Assembly (NCBI GenBank): GCA_040954595.2 | Contig: CM082583.2 | Coordinates: forward strand, 12,250,887 to 12,314,886 | From: Balanoglossus misakiensis | Taxonomy: Eukaryota; Animalia; Hemichordata | Length of the DNA: 64,000 nt | Direction of reading: 5' to 3' | Shown here: positions 1-13,935 of the stretch, piece after piece | How the letters are laid out: every line of letters starts with the position of its first letter | How positions within the stretch are numbered: position 1 is the stretch's first letter | The notes under the pieces: generated by a model | Told to the model about the DNA's origin: nothing | The model's input: only the letters and a program-made list of their open reading frames with translations | Database searches by the model: none | Position numbers and translations under genes: made by a program

Positions 1-59
1 GAGGAACTTAATCCCCCAGGAGAAGAACACACATACCCCAAACATAACTTCATCCACCG

Positions 60-442
60 TCTTTGCATAATCTCCAGCCAGAAGGTGTTAGTTACCACGG
101 CAACGGTTTTAGCGAGGCTCAGGTCGGTGTCACTTTTGATTAGGGCCGGCAGACTGACAGTTAAAGCCCCGCAACATGCTCTGCGTCACGGCGCAAACGC
201 CGGCGAGTTAGTTGCAGAATTAGATCCACTTAAGTACGGTTGATTGAGAGCGTTTAAGCCCCCTGTCACTTTGGTCGGAGAGCTCCGATAAAGACATATC
301 CTGCTCTGTGCGTGCGGCTAACACTCGGTATTTTGTCAGCATATCTTTCAAGCTGTAGGTGCATCCAAACAGCGTTCCCCCTTTTGCAAAAGGTATGTTA
401 AATTTTGAATGTGTGTTTTTCATTTTTCATGCAGGAGTCAAG
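60..442 (+). promoter_or_regulatory. Putative promoter/first-exon region (CpG-containing, X-box, splice donors)
   Basis: CpG-rich patch at ~90-330. RFX X-box GTTACCACGGCAAC at 91-104. Donor-like sites AAG|GTATGT (392/393) and AAG|GTAACA (442/443), after which the sequence becomes CpG-poor and intron-like. Confidence 0.4.
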
Positions 443-3328
443 GTAACATGTAGATTTTCCACTGATCGGAAGAGAAAATTACAGCAGCATACTTGATGTG
501 AGTGCGAACTTATTTCCTCAGATTTTTTTTTCAAACTTGTATTGAAGGAATGTGTACTTTCCTTGAAGATTATACTCAAAAGTTATTTAAAAAAGTTAAA
601 ATGTATCATTTCTATTCGGGAGAGTCAAGGGCAGACTGAAAATCATATACTTGTTAAAATCATCATGAAGCTGTAGTGATGCTTGCAAATCAAGGAACAA
701 GACGGTGCATTTTTCCACTGGTTTATTAAAAATCATTGTGGACAGTACAGTTTTTCCGTGCAAAGAATAGTGATTGAGTCACAAAGTGACACATTTGTTA
801 GATTTACGGAGCTAAAGCAGATTTTGTGTAATAAAACACAGGATAAACATGTCAGTCAGAGTGGCTGTAAGGAGATTGGAAATTTTCTGCTTCTGACACA
901 TTCAAAGGTAATGCTGAACTGGTCCAAGTGTAGATTTTTTGTGTTGTTTTCTGTTACTGTAGATTAATGTGCGTCACTAGTGTACATTTCTTCACCTCAT
1001 CAAAGGTCATAGGTCAAATGCAGTTGTGCACTGGAGGGAAAACAGCTATCTCAAGGAGTGCAAGTGTGTAATTTGATTTCTGTTTCAAGTAGATGTCGCA
1101 AATTGGCCTCTTGAGAAATAACTTCATTTTACTGCAATAATATCAGTCCCATTAACCTGGGATGTAAAATGCTGAGTGCCTTATTTGCTGTCAGCAATGG
1201 ACATGTCTGTAAATTAAGGAAAGAGCGCCACCTAGGGGTAATCATAATCATATCCCATGATGCCGTGCTTCAGAAAAGGGAACTGCACAGTTGAAAGAAA
1301 AGGTTGTTCTGCATCGTATTGAAATAAATGCAAAACTTCAAAAGAAGCAGCATGTATTGTCCGTCCAGTGAGATCAGTGAAAACATATGGATAAGCTGAT
1401 TTTCTGAAAATGGTTGATGAAGGGCTGTTTCTGGTCTTAAACATGCCTTTCAGAAATAGGGTTCCAGTAGGACCTCGTTAGCTCATTGGAGTGCCTGACA
1501 CTATTGAAATCACTTTTGAATTTCAACCTTTTACTTTGTCTCACAGAACCAGTTCAGGGTCGGGGGTTGAACTAGGTTAGGGTGATTACTGGAAACACCT
1601 TTTTTTCTTGGCCATGTCTCTGAAGATTGGATGGTATTTTTGGGTAAGGAAAAATGCCAAGAGACACAGCTGCAAGGCCATGAATCAGCCCATTGCACGG
1701 AATAATCATCAGTCAAATTGAAAAATGCACAAGCAGAAAAAAAATCCATCTGTGAAATAAAAGTAACACAAAGAGTTGATGGGAGCCTAGGGCTTTTGTT
1801 TTGTTGGAGGCTGTGAATTATATTGGTAGTTTCTCACTTTCCAATGGATCTGCCAAGAAAGCTGTAAATTTCAACTGAGAAGATTTATTTGCCTTGTCAG
1901 TAGTGGCTGGGAACAATTAAAACCACTTTGATTTGTGAGTTTGCTTCCAATTGAACAAAGTGAGTGCTAAAGTACAATCACTTCCCCTCCACAAATCAGA
2001 ACCAGAAGTCTCCTCTCTTTACTCCTGTTGGTGATTGACATGACTTGAGGTGACAGCGCCCTCACTGCATCTATCATCCCATTGTCTTTTGTAAAATGCC
2101 ATGACTCTGGCGACCTTTAGCACCCAATCTGTGAGGTGTGAACATTTTCTACTGAGTCTTCAATCATGTTGACACATACTCAAAGACTTCTGCTGCATAT
2201 ACGCGGGAACATAGTAGGCAGACTCGGACACATCATGAGTTGTACTATTTAAATTTTTATGTTGTACACTTTCTATAATATACGTAATAAAATCAAGTCA
2301 TCCACTGGTACCCCATTGTGTTGACCTTTGCCCTATAACTGGGGAGGGGGGGCATAGAGGGCGCCAAACATACCTTGTCATTGACAGATCTATCTTTCTG
2401 TTTTTTATTGCATTTATTGTAAATTGCTCAATTTAAATGATGTCTCATCGGAACGCTTTGAATCATCAAACTGTGATTAAAAAAAGTTCTTGTAGATAAA
2501 GAGGGCGATACACATAAATTATCTGTTGAATGACGTTACCCTGAAATGAATCACTGTTTTGGAAACTGCTCTAAGCATGTTACGTATCATTTTGATGTTT
2601 TTAGTCTGGTGACAAAAAAGATAAATCAAAATTCCAATGAATAGAGCTCTTCAGGAGCAGCTAAACTCACTGCCTTTTGTCCTCTAATTGACTAACATTC
2701 GAAATGTGACCCCACGTCAGTACAAATTTGTCGCAGACATATATCAGCTTATCGGTATGATAATTCCTGAAAGGTCCACGTGTGAAATTTCTCACCCTGG
2801 GTGACACTTGTCAAAAAGCTGTTCTGAATATTTAATGTGGGTGATGTCAGCTGCGATGTCAAACCCAATTTGGAACTGAGTCATCAGTCAGCGAAACCCT
2901 GGTATTTTATTTTTTCATCAGAGAGCAGAGAGCAACTTGGAAATGTTTCATTCCAATTATGGCAGTATATTCCATGGTTGGTGGGTGGTACATCATCATG
3001 TAATAAATATTTCACACCAAATTCTGGTGGAAATAGGTTAGCTCAGCTGTGAGCTGTTGTAAATTACGTAGAGGGGGATTTCATTTGGGTTTGCTGGGTG
3101 AGCAAATAAAAAGCAGACAAAAGGCTATGTTTGTGCAATCAGTCTCTGTTTGTGGTGTTCAATTTGCTTGCCCAAACAAGGCACTGTGATGAGCTCCCCA
3201 AAAAAGAGAGAGTGTTCATTTGCACATTGGTGTAATTTTCTCTGTTGGTGTGAGGTAGAGCCGCAACAAAACAATTGAAGAATTGAATTCAAACATTGGT
3301 TTTCGGTTCCATTTCTTTGTGTGTATGG

Positions 3329-3396
3329 GAATGAATGAATGAATGAATGAATGAATGAATGAATGAATGAATGAATGAATGAATGAATGAATGAAT
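3329..3396. repeat. (GAAT)17 microsatellite
   Basis: Perfect tetranucleotide run. Confidence 0.97.
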
Positions 3397-3581
3397 AAAC
3401 TAACCAATTTTTTTTTAGTAATGAATGGGTTTAAAAGCAGAAAGAGATATCTGAGATATCTCTTGGTTGATTGATAATTGTGTATGTATTTGCAGGCAGC
3501 TATAATGTGTGATTGTCTATTGTCCATCTAACTAAAACTGGTTACTGTACTGTTGGCGGAATAAGACAGAAATATTCATGT

Positions 3582-3648
3582 GTTGTATCTACAATGAGAT
3601 AACTCTCTACTGAAATTCTGTAGAGAGTTATCTCATTGTAGATACAAC
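3582..3648. repeat. Perfect 29-bp inverted repeat (hairpin) with 9-nt spacer
   Basis: GTTGTATCTACAATGAGATAACTCTCTAC (3582-3610) is the exact reverse complement of GTAGAGAGTTATCTCATTGTAGATACAAC (3620-3648). Confidence 0.95.
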
Positions 3649-6600
3649 CAGTAAATTTTGCAACTACGGTACACATGCTAAATAAATAATACTCTGTATA
3701 GCCTCCTTTTCAGTCAATTATTTCATTGAATGTTGGCTGATTGTGGTTCCCGTATATCTACTACAAACACGACTTTACAGGGATTTAGTTTTATTGCAAA
3801 GAAAGATCCAGTGAAAATGTTGATTCTAAATTTGTATGGAAAATGTATTATTTAACAAGATTCATTTTAAAGCCCGGCCACCTGTTTCATTTTCAACAGA
3901 ACGGTTTCTATAGCAACAATTTTAAGTACAACTGACAGTAATGTTTGAACACTGGTTGAATTTTTGTCAGTTATATTATTCTGTCAGTTGGGCATTACGC
4001 ATTGTAATTTATGATACAAGCGTTCAAATTACATGTTCATTGCATGTGGTAATGTTGGGGGGGGGGGGGGGTACAAAGCCAGACATTTTTGAGACTTGGC
4101 AGAATGTGTGTACATGTTTACACTGCCAGTTCCCCCTCTTCAGGCTGAGTTTTGGTTCAACCCTTATCTTCAATAAAATGGCATGTGTCAATCATAAAGA
4201 GAGGTGAAAGAATTATTAAGCTGTATTGTCTTTATAATTATGTACAAAGTAAAGTAAATTTTAAGTATATTGAAAAACAAACTACATGTAGTAGGATAAA
4301 ATCAAACATTTGGTTTGTACTGTTTGCTCAAACTCTTTCAAATCAAAGTCCAGAGTGTGGTGGGTGTTGGATCATATAATGCAAGCATCTGTGCAAATGC
4401 GGCTGAATTGGAACAGGGAATTAGGTTGAAAAACGGGGTGAAAAATCTGTAGTGTGCATGTATTTTCAAGGGACTAATAAAGATACGAGGTTCTTGTCTG
4501 AGAATTATTCATATTTTGTAGCTTTTCAACATCTATCCATCTTTTAATTAAAGTAGGGTATTTTTTACAAACTGATCAATAGATATAATGAGACACTCAC
4601 AAGTCTAAAATTTCTACAAACTTATACAAATGGTTTTTGCATCCAGCCTACACAGAACGCTTCAGTCCACATACATTACTCAGTGCGTAGGCGTGCACAC
4701 ACACAAACTGTGTGTGCACGTTGGCCGTCTTCGGACTCTGTACGCTCTACAAATAAGGAAACATACGTCATAGCACCTTTGGTTACAGCAGGTGTGTAAT
4801 AATACAAGTTATAAAGATGTTGGACTACCGGTAAACCAAACTGCAAATATTTCCTCATTTAGATCATCAAGTGGAACCAGATGTATATTTTTTGTTGTTG
4901 ATCATTTAATCCTATTTTGGTTAGTTTGAGTTTCACATCTTGTTGTACTTGTGTAAAAATCTTTTCGATTCTGACCTGATGGTGTACTTCATTTGAGATG
5001 GCTCGCTTGTTTGGATGGTGATGTGTAGCTACACACTAGCATCTACCAGTCATTTTCCAGATTTCAATTTTCATGCTATAAAACCTTTCATCGCGTGATG
5101 ACGTGTCATGATTTACAAGCCTGGTATGTTTGTGGAAATCTTTATGATAGGGTAATTTATTACAGTTTGAGGTATAATTTTACAGTTTGCCATGTAATGT
5201 AAATGATTAATCTATTCAACATGTCATTCTTCAATTATCGTTTTAGGTAGTAATTTCTGATTTGTTTATATTTCATAAAACCGCATTTTCGCCTTGCTTT
5301 TGTCCCAACCGTCCGTAATTTTAATTCATTTTGCGCCTCTTTTGTGTAGTTTGTTGAAAAGGTAGCTGTGTATGTTTGAATGTTTTGATTAACTCATCTA
5401 TTCATACGGGCATAAATAAAAAAAAAAAGAAGAAGATATTTCTGTGCCACCAGTGAGTCAGACCAGACATGTCTTTCAAAGGAATCTGCAATTCTGATAT
5501 TACAATTAGTTTCTGGATAGTGATATTTTTGTCACCTTTACTTGCTGACCCAAGGAACTCAGGAGAACCACTTTTTAATGTAACTGTCTCTTTTCTGAAT
5601 GCATGAGTTCAAAACACAAAATTAAATAGGTATAAATAGAATTGCTGTCACAGGTATTGCTATGCTATGTCTGGCCCAGGTAATATCTCTTTCAGGGTGT
5701 CTGAAAACTACATTCCAATGAGATTAAAAATTGCGTCCACCACAATTTAGAGACTAGCCAGGAAAATTGCATTCCATGCAAATGCAGGAGAGAATTTCTG
5801 TCCACTGAAGTGGCAAAATGGGGAGATTTGTCCTCAGTATTGCATTTTGTTTGTAAAAGGGAGAGATAGCTGATTTCCCTCGCTTATTAATTTATGTTCA
5901 CAATTCAATTGAGAGCCGCTTTCCACTGTATGGAGTGTTTATGAACATGAAGAGCCACTCGACTGAAATTGAATTTTCTTCCCACTGAAGAACTGATTAC
6001 TTACACTTTGTTAGGTGTGGATACGATACCTCTTGAGTTTAGACCTAATGAAATCGCCACAGACATGCCTGCAATAAAACGTGAATGAAAGAAGAAAATT
6101 TCCGTCTGATAAGCCGTGAATGGAGTGCGGATCGCCCTGCTTTTTCTGCCAAGCCAGCCGCGAGTTCTGTTCAATTAAATTTATTGTGTCATTTTCTTTT
6201 GCAGGAGTGTGTTGCTGATTGTTGCTCAGCCGTGTTCGAGTAAGTGGCATAGCGATGGAAACCATGTTGCAAATATTTCAGTGATAAATTTTCTGGAGTG
6301 GCACAGTCACGGTTTAGTAATAACTGCCTAGCCACGCGAGATCTCACAGGTCTCGTAGAGTTATGAAAATGGCAGAGAACAAGCAGGTACCCACCCCCAC
6401 CCCACCCCCAGCTGTTTCCTGCTTCATCTAGCTTGTTTCTGAACCAACATCCTGGTCGTCATGGTTTCTTCGGCGGTTTCGGCACAAGGGCTCGTAATCG
6501 CATCTTATTATTGTCATTTACTGTAACTTGTAAGAAAAAAGCCCCAAAGTTGAGTCTCAATATGTGCTGTGTAGGTCTGAGTAGGAGTCGTAAATACCTA

Positions 6601-9600
6601 ATACAAGGCTTTCAAATCACTTTGATCACATCTCTCACGCACACACGTTTTATGTCTGTCCGCTCCTTGTAAATTGCAGCAATCACACTGTGAGCGGAGA
6701 TTTTCCAAATCAACGATTTACACGCCATGTAGGTAATTCTGTGTATAGCCGTCCTTTTCGTGAAGAGGGTTGCAATTTTCCCTGCACTATGGAGTCGCAT
6801 CATGGCGATCCTTCTGTGAATCAGTGGGATTACTTGCTCTGAATGACAGAAAGATGTCTATGTTTGAGTACATACAGCGCAGCAGGGTTTTTGCATCCAA
6901 ATTCCAATGCTTCTTACTGAACATATTTCAGTTTACAAGCAAAACAACATAACCAGCCTATCAGAAGAAGCTATAATAACCGAAATAAAGACAGAAGTGA
7001 GTAACTTTGCCCCTTTAAAATATTGGGATCACAGACATCTATGGGAACTGAGATGCCTGGAAGGTGTCTCTGTTAGAAGCGCACGGAGTACTCACTCATC
7101 AGATGCCCTGTGATGACCTCTCAGATGGCATTTTGATCATAATTAGAGCGTTAATAGTGTAGAACAGTAATAGATCACAAATCTTGCATGTTAGACCCAG
7201 AGCTGAATCACTAGCTCTGTGTAAAGCAGTTAAGAAAAGAAAATTATGTTTTATTCCCTGGACACCTGTTCTGTTAGGTCTGAGATTTCTAGGGATCGTA
7301 AATTGCCATCTAGTTGGCTGATGCATCAAAGGCAGTCACTCTTGTTGTTTAAATGGTTGAGCAGCTCATCAATTAAAGGGGTGTGGTCACCACTTTTTCA
7401 AACTGTTTGTGGTGACGTAGTTAGTTTTTTGGTCATGAATCTCACCTGGTTTATCTAGCAGTAGCAAGTTCAACAGCACAATGGAGATAGTTGGACCAAT
7501 CTGAAGCTATTACTGTTTGCCTACTCCTGTTTTCTTGAGCAAACGTAGTTAGTGATATGTCCAAATTAATCTTCTGTTATCAATTTTCTTTGTGGCAATC
7601 CTAGTCTTCTAAGGAAGTAACAGAAAAAGAGGCATTGATCGCTGGGCCCATTATGAACTATCCAATCTTTTATTTCTTAGGAAATTAGGAATGTTGTAAG
7701 CGTATATTGATGGAGCGAAATCAACTTTGGTGTCAATGTTGTTCATGAGCTGGCTGTAGCTTAAGTGCTTTGACAATAACAACACAGATTAGATATTGGG
7801 AAAACAGTTAGCAGTTGACGAGGGAGATTGCTTTTTGAACCGTAAACACCCTGTATTGATAACTACAAGCAAGTGGAACTTAGCTCTATTTAGTGTTTCT
7901 GCGACGTCTTGTGTGCGCATTGAGACTGCTTTTGAAAAATTTTGAAAATGATTTACACAGCACTCGAGTGGCAGTCAAATGTGCTTGACGAGCGTGTGAC
8001 GCTGACTGGAAACAATTTTTGAGTGGTTCTCAGGATTCTTTTGTTTCCTCCTGCCTCTCCAAGACTCGTGGAGAAGTGCGACTCTTGATCTGCACCTTAG
8101 CAATCGGCAAACCCCCTGATCACTTCACTCTGAAGGGGCGATTTTTTAATTTCACGTGGAAGATGTTTTGACCGACGCTGAAGGACTGTACATGTATATG
8201 GAAGCAGGGATGCGAGTAGGGAGAGAGAGAGAGGGTGGGCGGGGAATCGCACACGCCAGATCCTTCCCGCCCTCTGCACGTTCAGTATTCACTTCACGTT
8301 TCAGCAGTTTTACTGTGCCATCTCGTCCTAATTGGAAAGCAGCATATGCTTTAGGCAACATTTACGCTGTTGTGAAAGTGGATGGGACTTTGCTGTGTTT
8401 TTCATTTCCTCAAATCAGAGTAAGGCTCAGTTTTTACCTGAGTCGTACTATGGGAAGAGGGGGTGGGGAGACAACTTCACTGCCACGTCAAAAGATGTCT
8501 AGTTTGCTAAGGGTGCGACAATGCCTTCCCGTTTCACCGGCACCATCGCGCATTGTTAGATCATAAACAGGCGAGAAATAGTAGTCTGACAATACTATTA
8601 TGCGAAATTGAAAACGAAATTGAATAAATTTATCACCAAAATGAACATATAATCCATTGGTTGCTGCAGGGTTGAATTGATGGAAAGCTTTGAACTGCCG
8701 GCAAACCTATCAGTATTTCATAGCTGATCGCCTTTGGGGACAGTTCTCCTCCCTGACACCAGTTAGAACTGTTAGTCTTAGCTCTCCCCAGCTCTAATTT
8801 GTTACTCATACGCACTGCTTATAATGGACTGATAGCTTTTATTACTGACAGCCCTGTCCGAATCCTCCAATCCTTCATCAGTTTTCATTATCTTTTTGTA
8901 TTGTTTTTTACAGTTTGGAAATTGCGCCGGTGAAATGAGCGTGCGTAGGAAATGGATCGTATAGGGTCGGCGCGCTGCTCCCTGGAAGACACGTGAAGGA
9001 GGCCAGGCTGTTATCCGGTAAATTACTCACTCTTAGTGCTGGGATCGAGTAGCGTGCAATCTCTCGCTGCCCGGAATAATCTGCAGTGTCTCTCTGCCGT
9101 TGCTAAAACACACATCTCTCTGGCCGGCAGCAGCCTTTCCGAGATGAGCTTCTCCATCGTCAGACAACACTCCATCAGCACCAGCGACTGTTTTGGTATT
9201 CTGTCTGCGTGGCAGTAATTGGATTTGTTACTTGTTAAATTGTTGTAGGGGAGGCTAACCAAATGCTCAATTTATTCAACAAACTAGCTAATTATGAAAT
9301 GAACTTCTTTGACCTTTGAATGCGATTACACATCTCTTCATCTGACTGTTGTGTTTTCAGGTAAGTTCATCATCTTCAAGTTTTTTCATACGGTTTCCTC
9401 CCCCTTTTTTCACACTTAGATGGAACTGTGACTCATCACACTCTGAGAAGACATTGCCATACTTTGGGATAATACTTACAACCGGGGGAGGTGTAACTAT
9501 TAATGGTGCTTCGTAATCAGTATTCTAGAAGTTGCTTTTTCGTATTTATTATCTACTTAATTTTTGAAGATTTCCACGGACGTCAAGTGAGAGTTGCCTG

Positions 9601-9657
9601 CTAAAAAAGTAAAGTAAGGTGAGTACATTTCTTTTCAATTTAAATAGGATAACACAT

Positions 9658-9705
9658 TTCAGTGGCATTTCGAGAAGTCACTTCAGTGGCATTTCGAGAA
9701 GTCAC
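9658..9705. repeat. 24-bp exact tandem duplication
   Basis: TTCAGTGGCATTTCGAGAAGTCAC occurs twice in tandem. Confidence 0.9.
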
Positions 9706-12700
9706 TCCATCTTAGACTGTGTTTACATTGTGTCAGTTAGCATTGCGTCAACTTATCAGTTGGGAGAACTCAGGATGTGTCATAAAACAAATATGAGCTC
9801 ATCACAAGCACAGTGATAGACCCCCTCCCCCTCTTAAAGCCAATATCGGCATATCACTGACTCTGTGTGAACGCTAACGTAGGCGTTTCACTGATACAGT
9901 GTGCCCTCTAAGGCCAATTTGAAGATGCCGTCGACTTCACGTGTATGTTCCTGACATATTTAGGCAAGCAGTGGGGGGTTGAACCAAAGTTTGGTGCCGA
10001 GAGGGTTGACAGCGTTGTGATGATGACATTTGAAATCGTACTCCTGTAATAACCTGGAAAAGTGCTGCCGTTTCTGTGTAAAACTGTTCTTGCTGTGAGC
10101 AGGTTTTCTCGGTAATATAAAAACAGAAAAAGGATTAGTGGAAATACATTTTCAGTCACCACTTTCATGGAAATTTGTTGTGCACAGGTTAAGTGTGACC
10201 GCAGGCTTGTATCAGATCCTTGGCGTGGTATGGTTACGTAAAATTTGCCTTGCATTCCACTGTAATTCCTTTTACTGAAAAAGTATGCAAGCGTAGATAT
10301 TACCAAGCAAGACAAAAAGGCTATATGATCTTACAAAGCAGAGGGAAAATGCTAATGCGATGATATAAATATCTTGATTTTCATACAAAAAGGAATATAT
10401 GTCCGCAGAGAAACCACTGCAACGCTCATGTTTTCTACAGAATCCAAGTGTCTGTTGCCGTCTTGCTGTAAATATTGATGATTTTTTACTGAGTCTGTAT
10501 GCATCTACGTATGTGATAACGTTTAGGAGTTCCTTTTTGGACTGTCGCATAAAATTTAACGGCTTTTCAGTTCTGCCATAAAGCTTCACTGAAATGTTGG
10601 GTGAGAGACTTTTGAAGAGGCCTCGGAGTTGAATTTTGTTATTGCGTTTGTGTCAAATCTGTGAGGCAACTTTAACTGAGGGTATTCTGATGAAATAGAT
10701 GTCCTCTCCCGCAGGAACAATATCAGATTGGCCCCCATACTGATGAGTAAACAGTTGAATACAGGTAGGTGTAGGGAAAGGTGCTTGGTTTTCTCAGGTG
10801 AGACTTGGACAGGGAATACAGTTTACAATGGATGGTGTGTTGTCTGCAAAAGGTAGCATGTTTTTCAAGCAAGACTTCAGCTTGCCACTTTGCTCTCTAG
10901 ACAACTAGACTTCCTGGTCTGTTTGGAGTTGTCTCAAATTAGGGGCTGAAGTGTGTACGTTTTTGTTGTGCTGTGAATTCTGTTGGATAAAGCGCATCAC
11001 TGTGATTTTATCTGTGGTGTGTTAATTCTGATTGAATGTATGTGCAGATGCCTGACTGTCTGTCGGCAAGTGCGTTTGTATAAAATTCATGATTTCAGCG
11101 CTGTAAAGATAATTTGACCGCCACACGCACACACACTTCCCACTTTTTAAAGAGATGTGCAAATGGATTTTGCCTTCCCAAAGTCAGGGCAGCTGTCATT
11201 GTTGCCAACCGCACAGAAATAAAAAAAGAGGGGTTGTTTTTCAGCCCTGGTTCTGTTCCATACAAAGGAAAATCGGAACAGGCCACGATTGGGCTGTAAA
11301 GTGGCCAGCACACCGATACAGAAGTCAGTTGCCAAGGCATTGTCAGAGAAATGTTTTGTCACAAGAAGTGAGCCTTCATAAGATGCTCAACACCAGATGC
11401 TATGAGGACAACAGATCTTTTGTATATAAAATAGAGGGGAAGTTTCTCTTGTAAGTTTACATCATAGTTACTGAGTTTGCAAAAAGAGGGAGGCAGGACA
11501 TGTACTCGCACACACACACAAAAATAGAAGAGGGTCCGAGATGAAAAGAAAGCAAATAGGCAGATGTAGAGAGTTGGCTGAGTAGCCTGGGTAAATATTG
11601 GCAGTGAAGTGCGTGTGTGTAAATACTTGATTCAAGGGCGGATGAGGGAGACAAGACTATTTACTGGTCGTTGACCAACTTTTATGGAGCTCCTATTCTT
11701 CAAACTTTTTTGTGTCTGTTTATGGCTCCCCACAAGATGATAGCACCCCTTTTTTGGTGACCTTGCTTTTGGGGCTTCCTATCAGCTGCGGAGACAATCC
11801 AGTTCCTTAAAATGAAACACCTCCCAGGGACCTTGAGTTGCTTCGCCTATTTGGATGTATGCAGATGGCACCTGTGACATCATCTTGCCGTTTCAACATT
11901 TGTCCAATAGGCAGTTACTGTCTCCATCCACATTTGCATATGCTAATTACTGTACGCATGAGCGTGCATACATACATACACACATATAGTATGTACATAC
12001 ATATTGTATGTATGTACAGTGTGTGGATGTGTGGGATGTACATGATTGTCAAGGTAGCTAACCTCTGAGCACTGAAAAAATGAGTACTTAGAACCCTTGG
12101 TGATTTTTGCATCACTTAGTGAAAACCACCTCCATTCTCTTTTGCAAAGCATTATTGCTTTTTCACCAAAAAGCAGTGATGTTAGACCATCCCCTACTGA
12201 AAGGAAAAGTGGGCATGTATGACTTTTGAGCATCTGTTTTACAGCCTCACTACCCTTTGTTGCATGTTGCCTGTCTGACTGGGTCACCACTTCCCTGTGT
12301 TGTCGCACGCATTAATAAGCTGTCATTACCTCAACTTTTGTACCAATTTTGTCGGGCAATTGAGATGTCATTCAGCTTCTCGTGGCGGGGATACACACAC
12401 ATATACACCTGGCACCAGCTCTGTGATGAGTGTGTGTCCAGTATGCCTATAAAAGTTTAATGGATAAGACTTGTGTAGGTTTTCATGGTCACCAAGATTT
12501 CAGAGTCTGTAGTAGATATCCAGTTTAGAAGGCATGTCTGTATGTTGACAAAGTGAGTGATATTTTTTAGGAAGTATCACAATGAATGTGACTTTGCAAA
12601 ACTCTGGTTCAAATACCCATCATCTGTATGGACAATAATCAATGTGGTACTTCTGAGCATTGTATTAAGTATGGACCCATAGTATCCCTACATGTCTGAT

Positions 12701-13845
12701 CGCCCAGTTTTGATGGCAGCTCCCTCAAGGCACGTGATAATACCTAGTGAAATTTTGCCAGAGGAATCTCCAAGTTGTCTCCAGATTCCATAACCTTCCA
12801 ACTGCAGATTCCACGTCCTCTATCTGCAGTGTGCTTCCTGCTGACAAGAGCTGGGGAAGATTTTGCAGTAAAATACAACCCTGAAGCGTTACACTGTAGA
12901 CAGACAGGATAAAAGTGAAATTTATGAGAACATTTTTTGCAAATATGTCTCAGTGTGTAACAGATTGTTAAATTCTTGGATTTAGCTGTAAAACGTCTAA
13001 TTAATATGTGTATTTTTAAAGCAGTGGACAAAACATACCATCACCGATAAATATATTGTGAGACAGCTGCTTAGAAAACCCAGCACGGTTTAAAAACACG
13101 GCAACACGCTTGCCTGAAGGATGGCAGAGTCGGTAATGGTGACCTTTTCTTTTCGTAAGGTCGTGCTGTAATGGCGATGAAAAACGAGCCTACCCCTGGT
13201 AGCAGTGAATTATGTAATTCCGAGTTTTGCTCTAAAAGCGAGCCAGCAATGGCTTCTGCCGAGTCGAGATGACGGTGCAGTCGTTTCGCGGAAAGTGTTG
13301 GCACACTTGTGCTCTTTTGAACCTGAATGCATTTAGAAGAAGAAGAAAAAACAGGAGTGGTGTGTTGGAATTGGTGAGAGAGATCTAACAATTGGTCTCT
13401 GGGGAGGAGTGTGATTTTTAACGGATCATAATTGCTGTATGCAGTTGTCTGACAGCTCTTTGCGTGCAGATTGGCAGGGAGAGTGATGAAGTGGTGATCT
13501 GGGGGCGAGAGAGAGAGACAGAGAAATTGGCAGGCTTGAGTAAATGGAAACGTTAGTCATTGTGGTTATTGCAGAATCGCAGCTACACAGTGCGGTGTTT
13601 ATTCAAATAATGAAGCGAGAGTGATGTGACGCAAGATTTCCGACAAGCAGGAAACAATCTCACCGCTTGCTCAATGCCCCTCGTACATTCTAATTGAAAG
13701 CGTACGCTTTGTGTCGCGCACAAGGACATGTTCCAACTAGAAATCAACCAGGGATCCAAGATTCAGGAACTCATTTCATCAGTGTAATCAAGTGGTAAAG
13801 TCCCACTTTGTGCCAGTTGATTAGGATAGATACTGTCTGTAGCTC

Positions 13846-13935
13846 TTAACCTTTCCACCCCCATATTCACATGCATGGTTCAGCCCATACCATTGAAAAC
13901 AATGGGGGTTTGGACTGAAGTGGTGAGAAGTTGAG
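13846..13935. mobile_element. Degenerate second copy of the same short MITE-like repeat
   Basis: TTAACCTTTCCACCCCC...ACCATTGAAAACAATGGGGGTTTGGACTGAA matches the 16610 copy in the same orientation. Confidence 0.45.

Noticed and set aside
4692-4720. 12-bp hairpin CGTGCACACACA/TGTGTGTGCACG
   Set aside because: It is formed by low-complexity CA/TG repeats and is expected by chance.
9658-9705. TTCnnGAA heat-shock-element-like cores in the 24-bp duplication
   Set aside because: Only two pentamers per copy; most simply a slippage duplication.
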